DNA of 64,000 nt from a virus (taxonomy: Duplodnaviria > Caudoviricetes): positions 1 through 64,000 of IMG/VR virus record IMGVR_UViG_3300016670_000048, one strand, 5' to 3'. Below the pieces are notes generated by a model, which made no database searches, was not told the origin of the DNA, and was given only the letters and a program-made list of their open reading frames with translations. Positions within the stretch are counted from its first letter, which is position 1; every line of letters starts with the position of its first letter. This document shows positions 28,797-37,717 of this stretch, one piece after another. Made by a program: the position numbers and the translations under genes.

Positions 28797-28952
28797 ATCG
28801 AAAACTATAAACTTTTACGTTCTGTAGAAATACTCGAAGAAACTGTTGACAGTCTTAGTAAACAAGTTCATAATCTACGTCAACAGCAAGACAATATGTT
28901 AGAACAAATTAGACGTTTAAAGGAGTTGAATAATGACGGTAGCGGAAAGTAG
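28797..28952 (+). CDS. small coiled-coil protein, probable ATC start
   Basis: AAGGAG-N7-ATC GAA AAC; the in-frame ATGs at 28704/28707 lack an SD. Confidence 0.5.
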   Translation: MENYKLLRSVEILEETVDSLSKQVHNLRQQQDNMLEQIRRLKELNNDGSGK

Positions 28953-29436
28953 CTTTAATATTGGAGATGCTGTAAAGATTAAAGATTCAGCTTGGGATGA
29001 AAACTTTGATATTTTGGTTCGATTTGGTTTTGAGAAGTCTACTTCGTATGAAGTGAGTGGTGTTTATCCGGGACGTGGTATTTCTCTGGTAGGGAACACC
29101 AGCATTTATTACCCACATTATTTTGAGCTTAGTAAGTCAAACACTGTCTACGCTAAATATGATGAGGCGAAAACAGTTCCAGTAAAATCAGATGGTGGTA
29201 GTTCATCCTATTACGAACTCACTATCACAAACAAAGCTGGTGAGTCGATCAAGTGTGAAACCGGTGATGTGATTCGTGCGCTGGTCGGCAATGATTTTGA
29301 CTTTGGAAACTGTGTTAAAGCACTTCGTCGTATGTACCTAGCAACACTTGGTATGGGTAAAGAGGGTACAGACATTCCTTATGATTGTAATAAGGTACGA
29401 TACTTTCTTAGTGAGATTGAGCGGGTGAATAAGTGA
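28933..29436 (+). CDS. DUF3310-like protein (possible nucleotide kinase)
   Basis: SDGGSSSYY...FDFGNCVKALRR...DCNKVRYF C-terminal domain. Confidence 0.55.
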   Translation: MTVAESSFNIGDAVKIKDSAWDENFDILVRFGFEKSTSYEVSGVYPGRGISLVGNTSIYYPHYFELSKSNTVYAKYDEAKTVPVKSDGGSSSYYELTITNKAGESIKCETGDVIRALVGNDFDFGNCVKALRRMYLATLGMGKEGTDIPYDCNKVRYFLSEIERVNK

Positions 29437-29948
29437 GCGCCATCATCGCAGTGGATGTGGATGATTGCCTTATTGACATGCGTCCGCTGTGGATCAACTA
29501 TTGTCAGGAACGCTTTGGATACGTTAAGTGCCCAATTACAAGCTATAATCTTTGTGATTATTGGGGTGAAAAGGCTATGGACTTCTGGAGTAATGAAGGT
29601 CTGTATGATAATCTTACTCCTAACCCACAAGCTGCAAAGACACTCAGTAAGCTCAATGATTTAGGCTATGAGATTGGATTCTGTTCTTACACTAAGAAGG
29701 GCCATTTTTCTAGCAAATGTGATTTCATTAATGCATACTTCCCTTACAGGAAATTCATTCTAAACACCAAGGAGAAGAATTATACAAGGTGTGATTGGTT
29801 TATAGATGACAGAAGTTCAAATCTTGTTATTCAACCGAGCAGTGTAAACACAATCTTGTATAAAACAAATATTGAGAATGATGAAAGAGATGTAGACTTT
29901 GTGACAGATTCGTGGGAAGATATTTACAGCATTATTGTTAATAATTAA
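29433..29948 (+). CDS. HAD-family 5'(3')-deoxyribonucleotidase
   Basis: IAVDVDDCL motif I and FIDDR motif. Confidence 0.8.
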   Translation: MSAIIAVDVDDCLIDMRPLWINYCQERFGYVKCPITSYNLCDYWGEKAMDFWSNEGLYDNLTPNPQAAKTLSKLNDLGYEIGFCSYTKKGHFSSKCDFINAYFPYRKFILNTKEKNYTRCDWFIDDRSSNLVIQPSSVNTILYKTNIENDERDVDFVTDSWEDIYSIIVNN

Positions 29949-29960
29949 GGATAAATAAAC

Positions 29961-30140
29961 ATGATTAAATTTGACCAAGATGAACTATATTTGCTCGTAG
30001 ATTTTCTTGAAGAGCAACTAGAGATTTCCCGAGATAAAACAGCTTGGGGCCTAGATCTTAATGAACAAGAAGAGCTAGAAATTGAAGAGTTCATGTTTGA
30101 ACGGACTCGTGACATTATTAAAAGCTTGATTAAGGAGTAA
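29961..30140 (+). CDS. hypothetical acidic protein (59 aa)
   Basis: Hand translation; AAGGA SD. Confidence 0.6.
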   Translation: MIKFDQDELYLLVDFLEEQLEISRDKTAWGLDLNEQEELEIEEFMFERTRDIIKSLIKE

Positions 30141-30143
30141 ATT

Positions 30144-30575
30144 TTGAAAGTCAAAGTAAAACGTCTGTATGAATCCGCTAAACTTCCAACCTACGCAACA
30201 GATGGTAGTGGTTGTTTTGATATCTACACAATGCTGAATGGTGATACAGACTATGGACAACCTCACACTTATTCCACTGGTCTTGCATTTGAAATTCCAG
30301 AAGATCATGTGATGCTTATCTTCAGCCGTAGTGGTCATGGATTTAAGAATGATATACGACTTAGCAATTGTGTTGGTGTTATCGATTCAGATTATCGCGG
30401 AGAACTTAAGGTTAAACTGTCCTGTGATAAACAAGGTTGGGGACTTGAAGTTAATGCTGGTGATCGTATTGCTCAAGGCATGGTGATTCCTTACAAGAAA
30501 GTAATGTTTGAGGAAGTAAAAGAATTGTCTGAGACAGTACGCGGTACTGGCGGCATGGGGAGCACTGGTGTATGA
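30144..30575 (+). CDS. dut: dUTP diphosphatase (trimeric)
   Basis: GSGCFD, SRSG, GVIDSDYRGE, RIAQ, RGTGGMGSTG. Confidence 0.95.
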   Translation: MKVKVKRLYESAKLPTYATDGSGCFDIYTMLNGDTDYGQPHTYSTGLAFEIPEDHVMLIFSRSGHGFKNDIRLSNCVGVIDSDYRGELKVKLSCDKQGWGLEVNAGDRIAQGMVIPYKKVMFEEVKELSETVRGTGGMGSTGV

Positions 30576-30743
30576 TCCACGCAAGTACACAACAAGTTAG
30601 ACCAAAAGCTGATTGGAAAGATTATGTCTTCACCAAAGAAGATTATAGTAAAGTGGTAGCATCGGGCATGGCTTGGGTAGTATTCCCTGATTGGCCGACA
30701 CCACAAGAATTTGATGAGTATTTGAAGGAGAGGGGAGAGAAAG

Positions 30744-31412
30744 ATGAGTGAGATTAAAGTAGAACTTTTGGATTCGATGGGTAATGATCTAGATGTTTGT
30801 AACGCAGCACGAGTAAGCTTTGCAAAAGAAACTCAGTGGGCGGCGATGGAAGCTGGAGAAGGTATGTTGGCTTCTGGGGATATTAAACTTATCAACTACC
30901 TAGCTAAACATGATCACTGGACGCCATTTGCACACACAGCTTTAAAATTCCGTGTAGCAGCACCAGTTCCAATCCGTACACAATGTTTTAAGCATAAGGT
31001 TGGGATGGTTGAGAACGAAGAGAGTCGCCGGTATATCTCATCAAAACCAGAAATCTATATTCCTGAATTCTTCCGTTCAAAACCCGAAGGGAGCATTAAA
31101 CAAGGGAGTGCAGGTAAAGCGGCAGAGTCTGACGTTTGGCTTGAACATTATAAGAATGTGACAGCGGAAGCTGTAGATTGTTATCTTGGCATGTTGAATG
31201 ATGGTATTTGCCCTGAACAAGCACGGTTTATTCTTCCACAAGGTGCAATTGTTAATTGGATTTGGACAGGAAATCTGGTAAGCTTCGCTAACTTCTACAA
31301 CAAGCGTACAGATACAAATGCTCAACGTGAAGTACAAGTGGTTGCTGAATTGGTTGGTAAAGAAGTAGAACGAATTTTCCCAGTTTCGTGGAAAGCATTG
31401 ACGGAGAAATAA
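30744..31412 (+). CDS. thyX: flavin-dependent thymidylate synthase
   Basis: ARVSF, HWTPF, KHKVG..ENEESRRY, EQARFILP. Confidence 0.93.
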   Translation: MSEIKVELLDSMGNDLDVCNAARVSFAKETQWAAMEAGEGMLASGDIKLINYLAKHDHWTPFAHTALKFRVAAPVPIRTQCFKHKVGMVENEESRRYISSKPEIYIPEFFRSKPEGSIKQGSAGKAAESDVWLEHYKNVTAEAVDCYLGMLNDGICPEQARFILPQGAIVNWIWTGNLVSFANFYNKRTDTNAQREVQVVAELVGKEVERIFPVSWKALTEK

Positions 31413-31413
31413 A

Positions 31414-31611
31414 ATGTCATTCGTGAACAACCCTGATTATCCGATTGAATTCTGGTTGTCTGAAATGTGTGACTTGATTTCAATCAGAGAAAATATCCAG
31501 AAGAGAGAAAGTAACTTGAAGATTCGGGAAAGTATTAGTGACTTTATCGGGTACTACGAAGCAGCATTGAATGTTCAGTCAGCGTACAATAAATATAAAG
31601 GTGGTGTATAA
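31414..31611 (+). CDS. hypothetical protein (65 aa)
   Basis: ORF track; GGAG SD. Confidence 0.6.
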   Translation: MSFVNNPDYPIEFWLSEMCDLISIRENIQKRESNLKIRESISDFIGYYEAALNVQSAYNKYKGGV

Positions 31612-31985
31612 TGTCGGTCGGGTTTAATCTAAGTCTTAGTGACTTGCTGTTGTGCGAAGGATTTGCTCAAGCATTTGGTGAAGATAATAAAGAACAAATT
31701 AATAAGTTTCTTTTTGATAATGGTTTAGATGTTTCGATGGGAGTTGATGAGGTAGTTTGTAAACATCGTAATCTTCGTGGTAATGTTGTAGATTGTTTGA
31801 TGTATCAGGGACATGAGCGTATTGATTCTACTTGGATGTCTGGTGAAGGTTGTTCTTGGGATAATCAAGTAGAAAACTCAAGCCTTGATCTACGCATTCA
31901 ACTAAAGACAATGGGTAAGATGCTCACCACTGGTGATTTCTGCGAATATGCAGAGAAGCATGGAATTCAATCGGATAGTAAATAA
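31611..31985 (+). CDS. hypothetical protein (124 aa)
   Basis: ORF track; TAATG coupling. Confidence 0.75.
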   Translation: MSVGFNLSLSDLLLCEGFAQAFGEDNKEQINKFLFDNGLDVSMGVDEVVCKHRNLRGNVVDCLMYQGHERIDSTWMSGEGCSWDNQVENSSLDLRIQLKTMGKMLTTGDFCEYAEKHGIQSDSK

Positions 31986-31995
31986 GGAGTAAGGT

Positions 31996-33855
31996 TTGAA
32001 AGAAGTAGAGGAACAAACACTAAAGGAACATCTTGGTATCATGATTGACCTGACTCGGGATCAAGATATTCCCGAACAAGGTTTCTCGATGCTAACTCGT
32101 AAAGGGTTCTATAAGAAAGATTGGGAAACTAGTCCACAAGAAGGTTTTGCACGAGCTGCAACTTGCTACTGCTTTGGTGATTATGAGTTCGCAGAACGTA
32201 TTTACGAATATGCAAGCAGAGGTTGGTTTACTAACGCAAGCCCAGTTCTTAGTAATGCTGTAGAAATTGAATGGCCCGCTTTCAACAAAGATCAGTTTGA
32301 AGAAGCATCTGATTGGCTTGCTGAGAACGTAGATCCAGACGGAATGCCAATCTCTTGTTTCTTGGTTAAGATTCCAGATACAAAAGAGGGGTTGGTTGAG
32401 TCAAGTAGTGAAGCTAAGTGGCTTTCTATGATGGGTGGTGGTGTTGGGATTTGGGCCGCTAACCGTGGTCCCGATGAGAAGTCAACAGGTGTTATGGCAC
32501 ACATGTCTGGCTATGATGCGGACACATTGGCCTACAAGCAAAAGGAGTCCCGTCGAGGAAGTATTGCAGCTTATCTTGATATTGATCATCCGGAAATTGT
32601 ACAGTTTATTTCAATGCGCGACCCAGTTGGTGGTGATCAGAATAAGAAATGCTTTAACTTGAACAATGCTGTAAATATTACAGACAAGTTTATGCATGCT
32701 GTGATTAAGGGAGAAGAGTACGAGCTTGTAGATCCTAAACATGGCGGAACTGGTCGTTTCTTGAAAGCTCGTGAAGTGTGGGAAAAGATTCTTCAGATGC
32801 GATTTGAGACTGGAGAGCCTTATATCATGTGGAAGGATACAGTTAACCGAGCAATTCCTGAATGGATTAAGAACCCTCATTACACCGTTGGACAAAGTAA
32901 CTTATGCTCGGAAATTACCCTTTGGACTTCTGAGAAACGAACTGCTGTTTGCTGCCTCTCCAGCTTGAACTTGGAGAAGTTTGAAGAATGGAAAGACACA
33001 ACAATTGTTGAAGACTTGGTTCGTTATCTCGACAACGTATTGGAATACTTTATCCGGTTGGCCCCTGCTGAATTGCATCGTGCTGTTTATTCAGCATACA
33101 AGGAACGGGCCATTGGTTTAGGAAGTCTTGGATGGAATTCTTATCTTCAAAGTAAGATGATTCCTTTTGAGAGTGGTGGCTTTAATAGTGCTATTCAACA
33201 CACACATAAGATTTACAGTTTGATTAAGTCCCGTGCTGTTGAGTCAAGTAAGCTGTTAGCTAAAGAACGTGGAGAGTCACCAGATTGCGCTGGTAGCGGT
33301 ATGCGTAATAGTCATTTATTGGCCATTGCTCCTAATGCGTCTTCCAGTTCTATCGTAGGCACAAGTCCGAGTATTGAGCCGTGGAAAGACAATTATTTTG
33401 TAGCAGATGGACGTGCTGGTGCCTTCCTGATCAAGAATAAACATCTTGAGGTTCTTATTAAGAAATATGAAAAAGATTCGCCAGAAACTTGGAAGTCAAT
33501 TCAGGACAATAAAGGTAGCGTACAACATCTTGAGTTCTTGTCTGATCTGGAAAAGAGTGTGTTCAAGACATTCAGCGAGATTAACCCGATGTATATCATT
33601 GAACAAGCTGCTGCACGTACACCGTATATTTGTCAATCAACAAGTGTGAATATTCAGGTGACAAAGGATATCACTAAAGAAGAAATGTCAGATATCCACA
33701 TGAAAGCTTGGGGTGCTGGTGTAAAGACGCTATACTACTGCCGTGCTGAGGGGGCTGACAAAGCAGATATTGGGACTGGTACAGAGAAACCTTTAAATGC
33801 TGTTCCTGTACGTAAAAAAATTGAATATGAAACATGCTTTGCTTGTGAGGCATAA
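31996..33855 (+). CDS. nrdA: ribonucleotide reductase class Ia alpha subunit (no ATP cone visible)
   Basis: ISCF, SNLCSEI, CCLSS, APNASSS, KTLYY, C-terminal CFACEA. Confidence 0.95.
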   Translation: MKEVEEQTLKEHLGIMIDLTRDQDIPEQGFSMLTRKGFYKKDWETSPQEGFARAATCYCFGDYEFAERIYEYASRGWFTNASPVLSNAVEIEWPAFNKDQFEEASDWLAENVDPDGMPISCFLVKIPDTKEGLVESSSEAKWLSMMGGGVGIWAANRGPDEKSTGVMAHMSGYDADTLAYKQKESRRGSIAAYLDIDHPEIVQFISMRDPVGGDQNKKCFNLNNAVNITDKFMHAVIKGEEYELVDPKHGGTGRFLKAREVWEKILQMRFETGEPYIMWKDTVNRAIPEWIKNPHYTVGQSNLCSEITLWTSEKRTAVCCLSSLNLEKFEEWKDTTIVEDLVRYLDNVLEYFIRLAPAELHRAVYSAYKERAIGLGSLGWNSYLQSKMIPFESGGFNSAIQHTHKIYSLIKSRAVESSKLLAKERGESPDCAGSGMRNSHLLAIAPNASSSSIVGTSPSIEPWKDNYFVADGRAGAFLIKNKHLEVLIKKYEKDSPETWKSIQDNKGSVQHLEFLSDLEKSVFKTFSEINPMYIIEQAAARTPYICQSTSVNIQVTKDITKEEMSDIHMKAWGAGVKTLYYCRAEGADKADIGTGTEKPLNAVPVRKKIEYETCFACEA

Positions 33856-33864
33856 GGAGAAATT

Positions 33865-34881
33865 TTGTCTGTATTTAAACCTAGTAAGTCGTACCGTCCG
33901 TTCACCTACTCTTGGGCTGCGGAAGCAGCTCAAAAGCATTCGATTGATATGTTTTGGGATATCCATCAGCTTAACTTGCAAGATGATATTCAGCAGTATT
34001 TTTCAAAAGAGGGGCTGAAGACAGCAACTGTATCTCACGAACAGAATAAGAATATTCTTGACAGAACTCTTTGCTTGTTTACTGAGATGGATAAGACAGT
34101 TGGTGAGGGATACACTGAGCTTCTGCCATTCATTAAGAATAATGAAATCCGTAACATGTTGATGACTTTTGCAGCTCGTGAGGTTGTTCATCAACGAGCA
34201 TATGCACTAGCTGCTGAAACATTCGGGTTTAGTAACTCTGATTGGCTGGCTTTCGCTGATTATAAAGAAATGGTTGATAAGCTTGATGTGATGCTTGATG
34301 ACTTGACACCAGAAGGTGCTTCTAATGAACTTAAGGCTGCAATTAAACTTACTCAGATTCTTCTTGGTGAAGGTATTGGTTTGTTCGGTGCTTTTGCAAC
34401 ACTTCTCAATCAGAAGCGTAGTGGGATCTTGAATGGATTCAATGATGTTAATGAATGGTCGTTGTTGGATGAAGCCGAACATGTAGCTAAGAACATTCGT
34501 GTTGTGGAGGAAATGGAGAAGGATCTTTCTGAGGTTGAACGTGTAGCGCTTAAGAATATCACATTGAAGTTTGTTGATATGTTTGAGCAAGCTGAGTACC
34601 GATATATTGATCTTGTATTTGAAATGGGTGGTGCTGAAGGACTTACTGCTGATGAGATGAAAGGGTACATTAAATACCTTGGTAAACTTCGTCTTTATCA
34701 GCGTGGTTATGTGAGCCTAAACGACGTTCCCAAGAACCCTTTAGAATGGATGGAGTGGCTACTTAGCGCTAATAAGCACTCTAATTTCTTCGAGAAAAAG
34801 GTTACGGACTACCAACACTCAGAATTGCCGGGTGAAGTGAACTACAACAAATATCGACACCTGCTTGAAAATGTAGCTTGA
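33865..34881 (+). CDS. nrdB: ribonucleotide reductase class Ia beta subunit
   Basis: D, ExxH...Y (REVVHQRAY), E and DExxH di-metal ligands; NFFE motif. Confidence 0.93.
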   Translation: MSVFKPSKSYRPFTYSWAAEAAQKHSIDMFWDIHQLNLQDDIQQYFSKEGLKTATVSHEQNKNILDRTLCLFTEMDKTVGEGYTELLPFIKNNEIRNMLMTFAAREVVHQRAYALAAETFGFSNSDWLAFADYKEMVDKLDVMLDDLTPEGASNELKAAIKLTQILLGEGIGLFGAFATLLNQKRSGILNGFNDVNEWSLLDEAEHVAKNIRVVEEMEKDLSEVERVALKNITLKFVDMFEQAEYRYIDLVFEMGGAEGLTADEMKGYIKYLGKLRLYQRGYVSLNDVPKNPLEWMEWLLSANKHSNFFEKKVTDYQHSELPGEVNYNKYRHLLENVA

Positions 34882-34939
34882 CACCCCAATCTGATGTGCT
34901 ATCCTTGGCTCATGTCTCTTCGGGGATGTGGGCTTTTTT
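34878..34939 (+). promoter_or_regulatory. sigma70 promoter running directly into a cUUCGg terminator hairpin
   Basis: TTGACA-N16-TATCCT with TG extension; 11-bp stem 34908-34933 plus T6. Confidence 0.7.
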
Positions 34940-34953
34940 ATTAGGAGAGGTTT

Positions 34954-35199
34954 ATGTTAACTGAAGATTGGATTAAACTAGAAGTAGGTAGCGTTGTCTA
35001 TGCACTCACAAACCTTTATAATTCTTGTGATGTTTATGGTAATTCATGTTATGCTAAGAAACATGATAAATTAATTGTACGTGGTTTCTCAGAATACAGG
35101 GCACACAGTCCTTGGGTGAGCCATGAGGATGTTACAGATGGAACTGGATTTTATATTAGCAAGAATGAAGTCTCTATGATGAAACACTTTGAACACTAG
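34954..35199 (+). CDS. hypothetical protein (81 aa)
   Basis: GGAGAGG SD. Confidence 0.75.
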   Translation: MLTEDWIKLEVGSVVYALTNLYNSCDVYGNSCYAKKHDKLIVRGFSEYRAHSPWVSHEDVTDGTGFYISKNEVSMMKHFEH

Positions 35200-35209
35200 G
35201 AGAAATAAA

Positions 35210-35803
35210 ATGAAATTCTATAAGCGCACACGTTACCCTTACTGGTCTGAAACCAAACTATTTTCTTGGATGCTGCCTGAAAAACCAGTTAGGAAATTTA
35301 CCACTGTTGATGAGATGATGAAATCTCTGGAGATTAAAGATCCATTACTTGAACGCTTCATTGATAGACTTCAAGACATTGTAATGTTTCCCTCAGACTT
35401 TATTTACTCTGCCCGTATTTATCTGAAGAATTCTAAAGGTAATACTCACGTTCTTGAAGCTGGATTGAATCGAGGTGAATGGTATGATCTCGTATACAGA
35501 ATTCCACGCTGCTTGTTCTCAGAGCTTGAAAAATTCATTGAAGTGGAGAAAGGTCTTGAAACTCATGAATGGGAGAAGACTCTTACTTTCAATGAAGATT
35601 GGGGTGTAAAAACTGATGATGAAAAGTATGGTAAGCTGACACCCCAAGCTCTTGCGGCTATTGAGCAAGACGAGATTTACAAGTGGTGGAAATCTGTTAA
35701 AGATCGGGGTTATCTTGGAACAGATGAAGATCATACTTATGAGGAACAAGAGCAAGAGATGCTGATTCGTTTAGTTAAGATTTATAGGAGTTTGTGGACA
35801 TGA
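35210..35803 (+). CDS. phage hypothetical protein (197 aa, ends LWT)
   Basis: AGGAG SD before ATG 35210. Confidence 0.8.
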   Translation: MKFYKRTRYPYWSETKLFSWMLPEKPVRKFTTVDEMMKSLEIKDPLLERFIDRLQDIVMFPSDFIYSARIYLKNSKGNTHVLEAGLNRGEWYDLVYRIPRCLFSELEKFIEVEKGLETHEWEKTLTFNEDWGVKTDDEKYGKLTPQALAAIEQDEIYKWWKSVKDRGYLGTDEDHTYEEQEQEMLIRLVKIYRSLWT

Positions 35804-35982
35804 AAAATCCTATCGTAGACGTAGCTGCTATCCTAATCTGCCTTCTGGCTGTAGTGATTGGAGGACAATATTTCATAAATCAGAAGAGAGAAAATAGTTT
35901 GAAAAGTATTGAGAAGAAAGTAGAGCTTCGAGTAGATAAGAAGCCTATTACTTTTGAGACTGCCGTTAAGACTACCGAATAA
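35800..35982 (+). CDS. small membrane-anchored protein
   Basis: N-terminal TM; ATGA coupling. Confidence 0.65.
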   Translation: MKNPIVDVAAILICLLAVVIGGQYFINQKRENSLKSIEKKVELRVDKKPITFETAVKTTE

Positions 35983-35995
35983 CTTTTCTACAGGC

Positions 35996-36035
35996 AAAAA
36001 GAAGGCTCCCTTCCGTGATTGGATAGGGAGCCTTT
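35996..36035. terminator. bidirectional terminator between convergent arms
   Basis: AAAAAG-AAGGCTCCCT...AGGGAGCCTT-T inverted repeat. Confidence 0.75.
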
Positions 36036-36089
36036 AACGTATCTGAGATAAGGACATGGCAATCCTTATTGTCTGCATAGCAGTTTTTA

Positions 36090-36461
36090 TTATTGTTGGT
36101 CTTTACCGCTGTAGATGACAGCGTTTGAGTTATTATTGTTAATAATCTTTTGGTTATTCTTTCTGTCAGCTTGTAAGTCTTTTACCCGCTGTTCAATAAC
36201 ATAGACCCTTTGGTCCATTGTCACTTGATAAGTATCCTGTGTCTCAGATAACTTATTCACTCTTGAGTCAAAATAATCCATATTCTTACTCATAACAACT
36301 TTAGATTCTTCTTTGAATTGATCTAGCTTTAAACCAAAATTACCAAAATCTTCAGCACTTTTACTATTTGTCATCACGATGGAGATCATTATAATCAACA
36401 ACATCAGTGTTAAAATATCTACAGTCCTTTTTATAAATAACCATACCATCTTTGCCCCCAA
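36090..36461 (-). CDS. membrane-anchored coiled-coil protein at end of lysis cassette
   Basis: Single N-terminal TM followed by coiled coil. Confidence 0.7.
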   Translation of the reverse strand: MGAKMVWLFIKRTVDILTLMLLIIMISIVMTNSKSAEDFGNFGLKLDQFKEESKVVMSKNMDYFDSRVNKLSETQDTYQVTMDQRVYVIEQRVKDLQADRKNNQKIINNNNSNAVIYSGKDQQ

Positions 36462-36463
36462 AG

Positions 36464-36781
36464 TTACTTCTTAAGTTTACCGAAATACAACTCTAGGCGG
36501 TCTAGAATATCTTGTTTATCGGAAACTGATTGTTGTCTGAGGTTGCTGAACATAGCATCCATTTTAGTGTTGATCCCACTTACAGCGTCTTTAAGGTCTT
36601 CTTTGTTTACCTTATTCATTTGCATGACAAGAACTTTATCTTCTAGCGCCTTAAAATCTGTACGCTGTGCCTGATAAGTCATGAACAAAGCACTAACAAC
36701 GAGGGTAAGAAGCCCAAGGCACAGTCTTTCCCATATGTTGTTTATTCGGATATTAGCGTCCGGTGTTGGGTCATTTGACAT
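36464..36781 (-). CDS. single-TM protein, holin/antiholin candidate (start revised from 36874)
   Basis: GAGG SD before ATG 36781; TM LCLGLLTLVVSALFM. Confidence 0.65.
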   Translation of the reverse strand: MSNDPTPDANIRINNIWERLCLGLLTLVVSALFMTYQAQRTDFKALEDKVLVMQMNKVNKEDLKDAVSGINTKMDAMFSNLRQQSVSDKQDILDRLELYFGKLKK

Positions 36782-37055
36782 TGTAAAGAGCCTCTTGCTT
36801 CTTTTTGTTTTCCATAATTTTATTGATTTGTAATTTGTACAGCCCAATGCAAGACACATTTTTATTATAACCACGAGCCAAGTCTAGGAGACTTTCACCC
36901 GGAGCTGTGGCTTTGCACGGATGCATCAACAGACTGTCTGGTGGATACACATTTACTGTCTGTTGGTTCGACATTACAGTAGGATTGGAGGAGCAACTTA
37001 CGCAGATCATCGCTAAGAAGCTCACTCCCAGTAAGTACATTACTTTCTTCAGCAT
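36771..37055 (-). CDS. o-spanin (Rz1-like lipoprotein)
   Basis: Signal peptide with lipobox ...MICVS-C; Pro/Cys-containing mature part; overlaps 3' end of i-spanin in another frame. Confidence 0.85.
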   Translation of the reverse strand: MLKKVMYLLGVSFLAMICVSCSSNPTVMSNQQTVNVYPPDSLLMHPCKATAPGESLLDLARGYNKNVSCIGLYKLQINKIMENKKKQEALYNVK

Positions 37056-37401
37056 TTTTAGGTGCCTCTGTTATCATGTTATTAGTGGTAGGCAACTTCT
37101 TGATGCCTGTTGGTAGCTTTGAAATCTCTTCAGAGATAGATTCAGTCTTATCTTTTAAATCAGTCTTATCTTCCTCTAATTCAACAACACTCTTATCATC
37201 AATCTTACAGCTCAAATCCTTCAAGTTAAGGGACTTTTGCATCTCTGTATTGATTTTAATGGCTTGGGCTAGTGCTTGCTCAGCCACCACCTTATCATCG
37301 TGCAGTGATAGAGAAAGCCAAACCAAACCTGCTGTAGTTGCGGACAATGCTAGGATGAGATAGAAGCTTATACCAAAACTACTTATCCCCATCACTAGCA
37401 T
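36895..37401 (-). CDS. i-spanin (Rz-like)
   Basis: N-terminal TM plus coiled coil with Cys residues; position in lysis cassette. Confidence 0.82.
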   Translation of the reverse strand: MLVMGISSFGISFYLILALSATTAGLVWLSLSLHDDKVVAEQALAQAIKINTEMQKSLNLKDLSCKIDDKSVVELEEDKTDLKDKTESISEEISKLPTGIKKLPTTNNMITEAPKNAEESNVLTGSELLSDDLRKLLLQSYCNVEPTDSKCVSTRQSVDASVQSHSSG

Positions 37402-37717
37402 CCTCGCTCGGCCAGAGCTTCTTCTGCTTTATCAGCCTGAACACTGCTGCTGATACGTTCAATGTGAACATAGCAGCACCGTAGACAGCAGGAGTAAGCA
37501 TCGGCTCAAGCATTCCAAAGAATGGAAGGATAACTTCAACCAGAGTGAGAATAACAGACAAGATGTTTGTCCAGAAGGAATAAGTGAAGAGCACTTTCTT
37601 CCAATTGGGCACTAGCTGAAGCTTCTTATCTGGTGTGGATAGTGTTACAGCAATACTAGCTTCCGTCTGTGTATCTGCTGTCAGAGGAGTTGTTTCATTG
37701 TTTACTGAATTGGTCAT
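37379..37717 (-). CDS. holin candidate (2 TM)
   Basis: LVPNWKKVLFTYSFW motif, two TMs, basic C-terminus; follows endolysin. Confidence 0.7.
   Translation of the reverse strand: MTNSVNNETTPLTADTQTEASIAVTLSTPDKKLQLVPNWKKVLFTYSFWTNILSVILTLVEVILPFFGMLEPMLTPAVYGAAMFTLNVSAAVFRLIKQKKLWPSEDASDGDK

Noticed and set aside
16817-33855. Inteins or introns in helicase, polymerase, NrdA or TerL
   Set aside because: ORFs are continuous and of expected length; no C1...HN-C/S/T intein ends or group I cores noticed.
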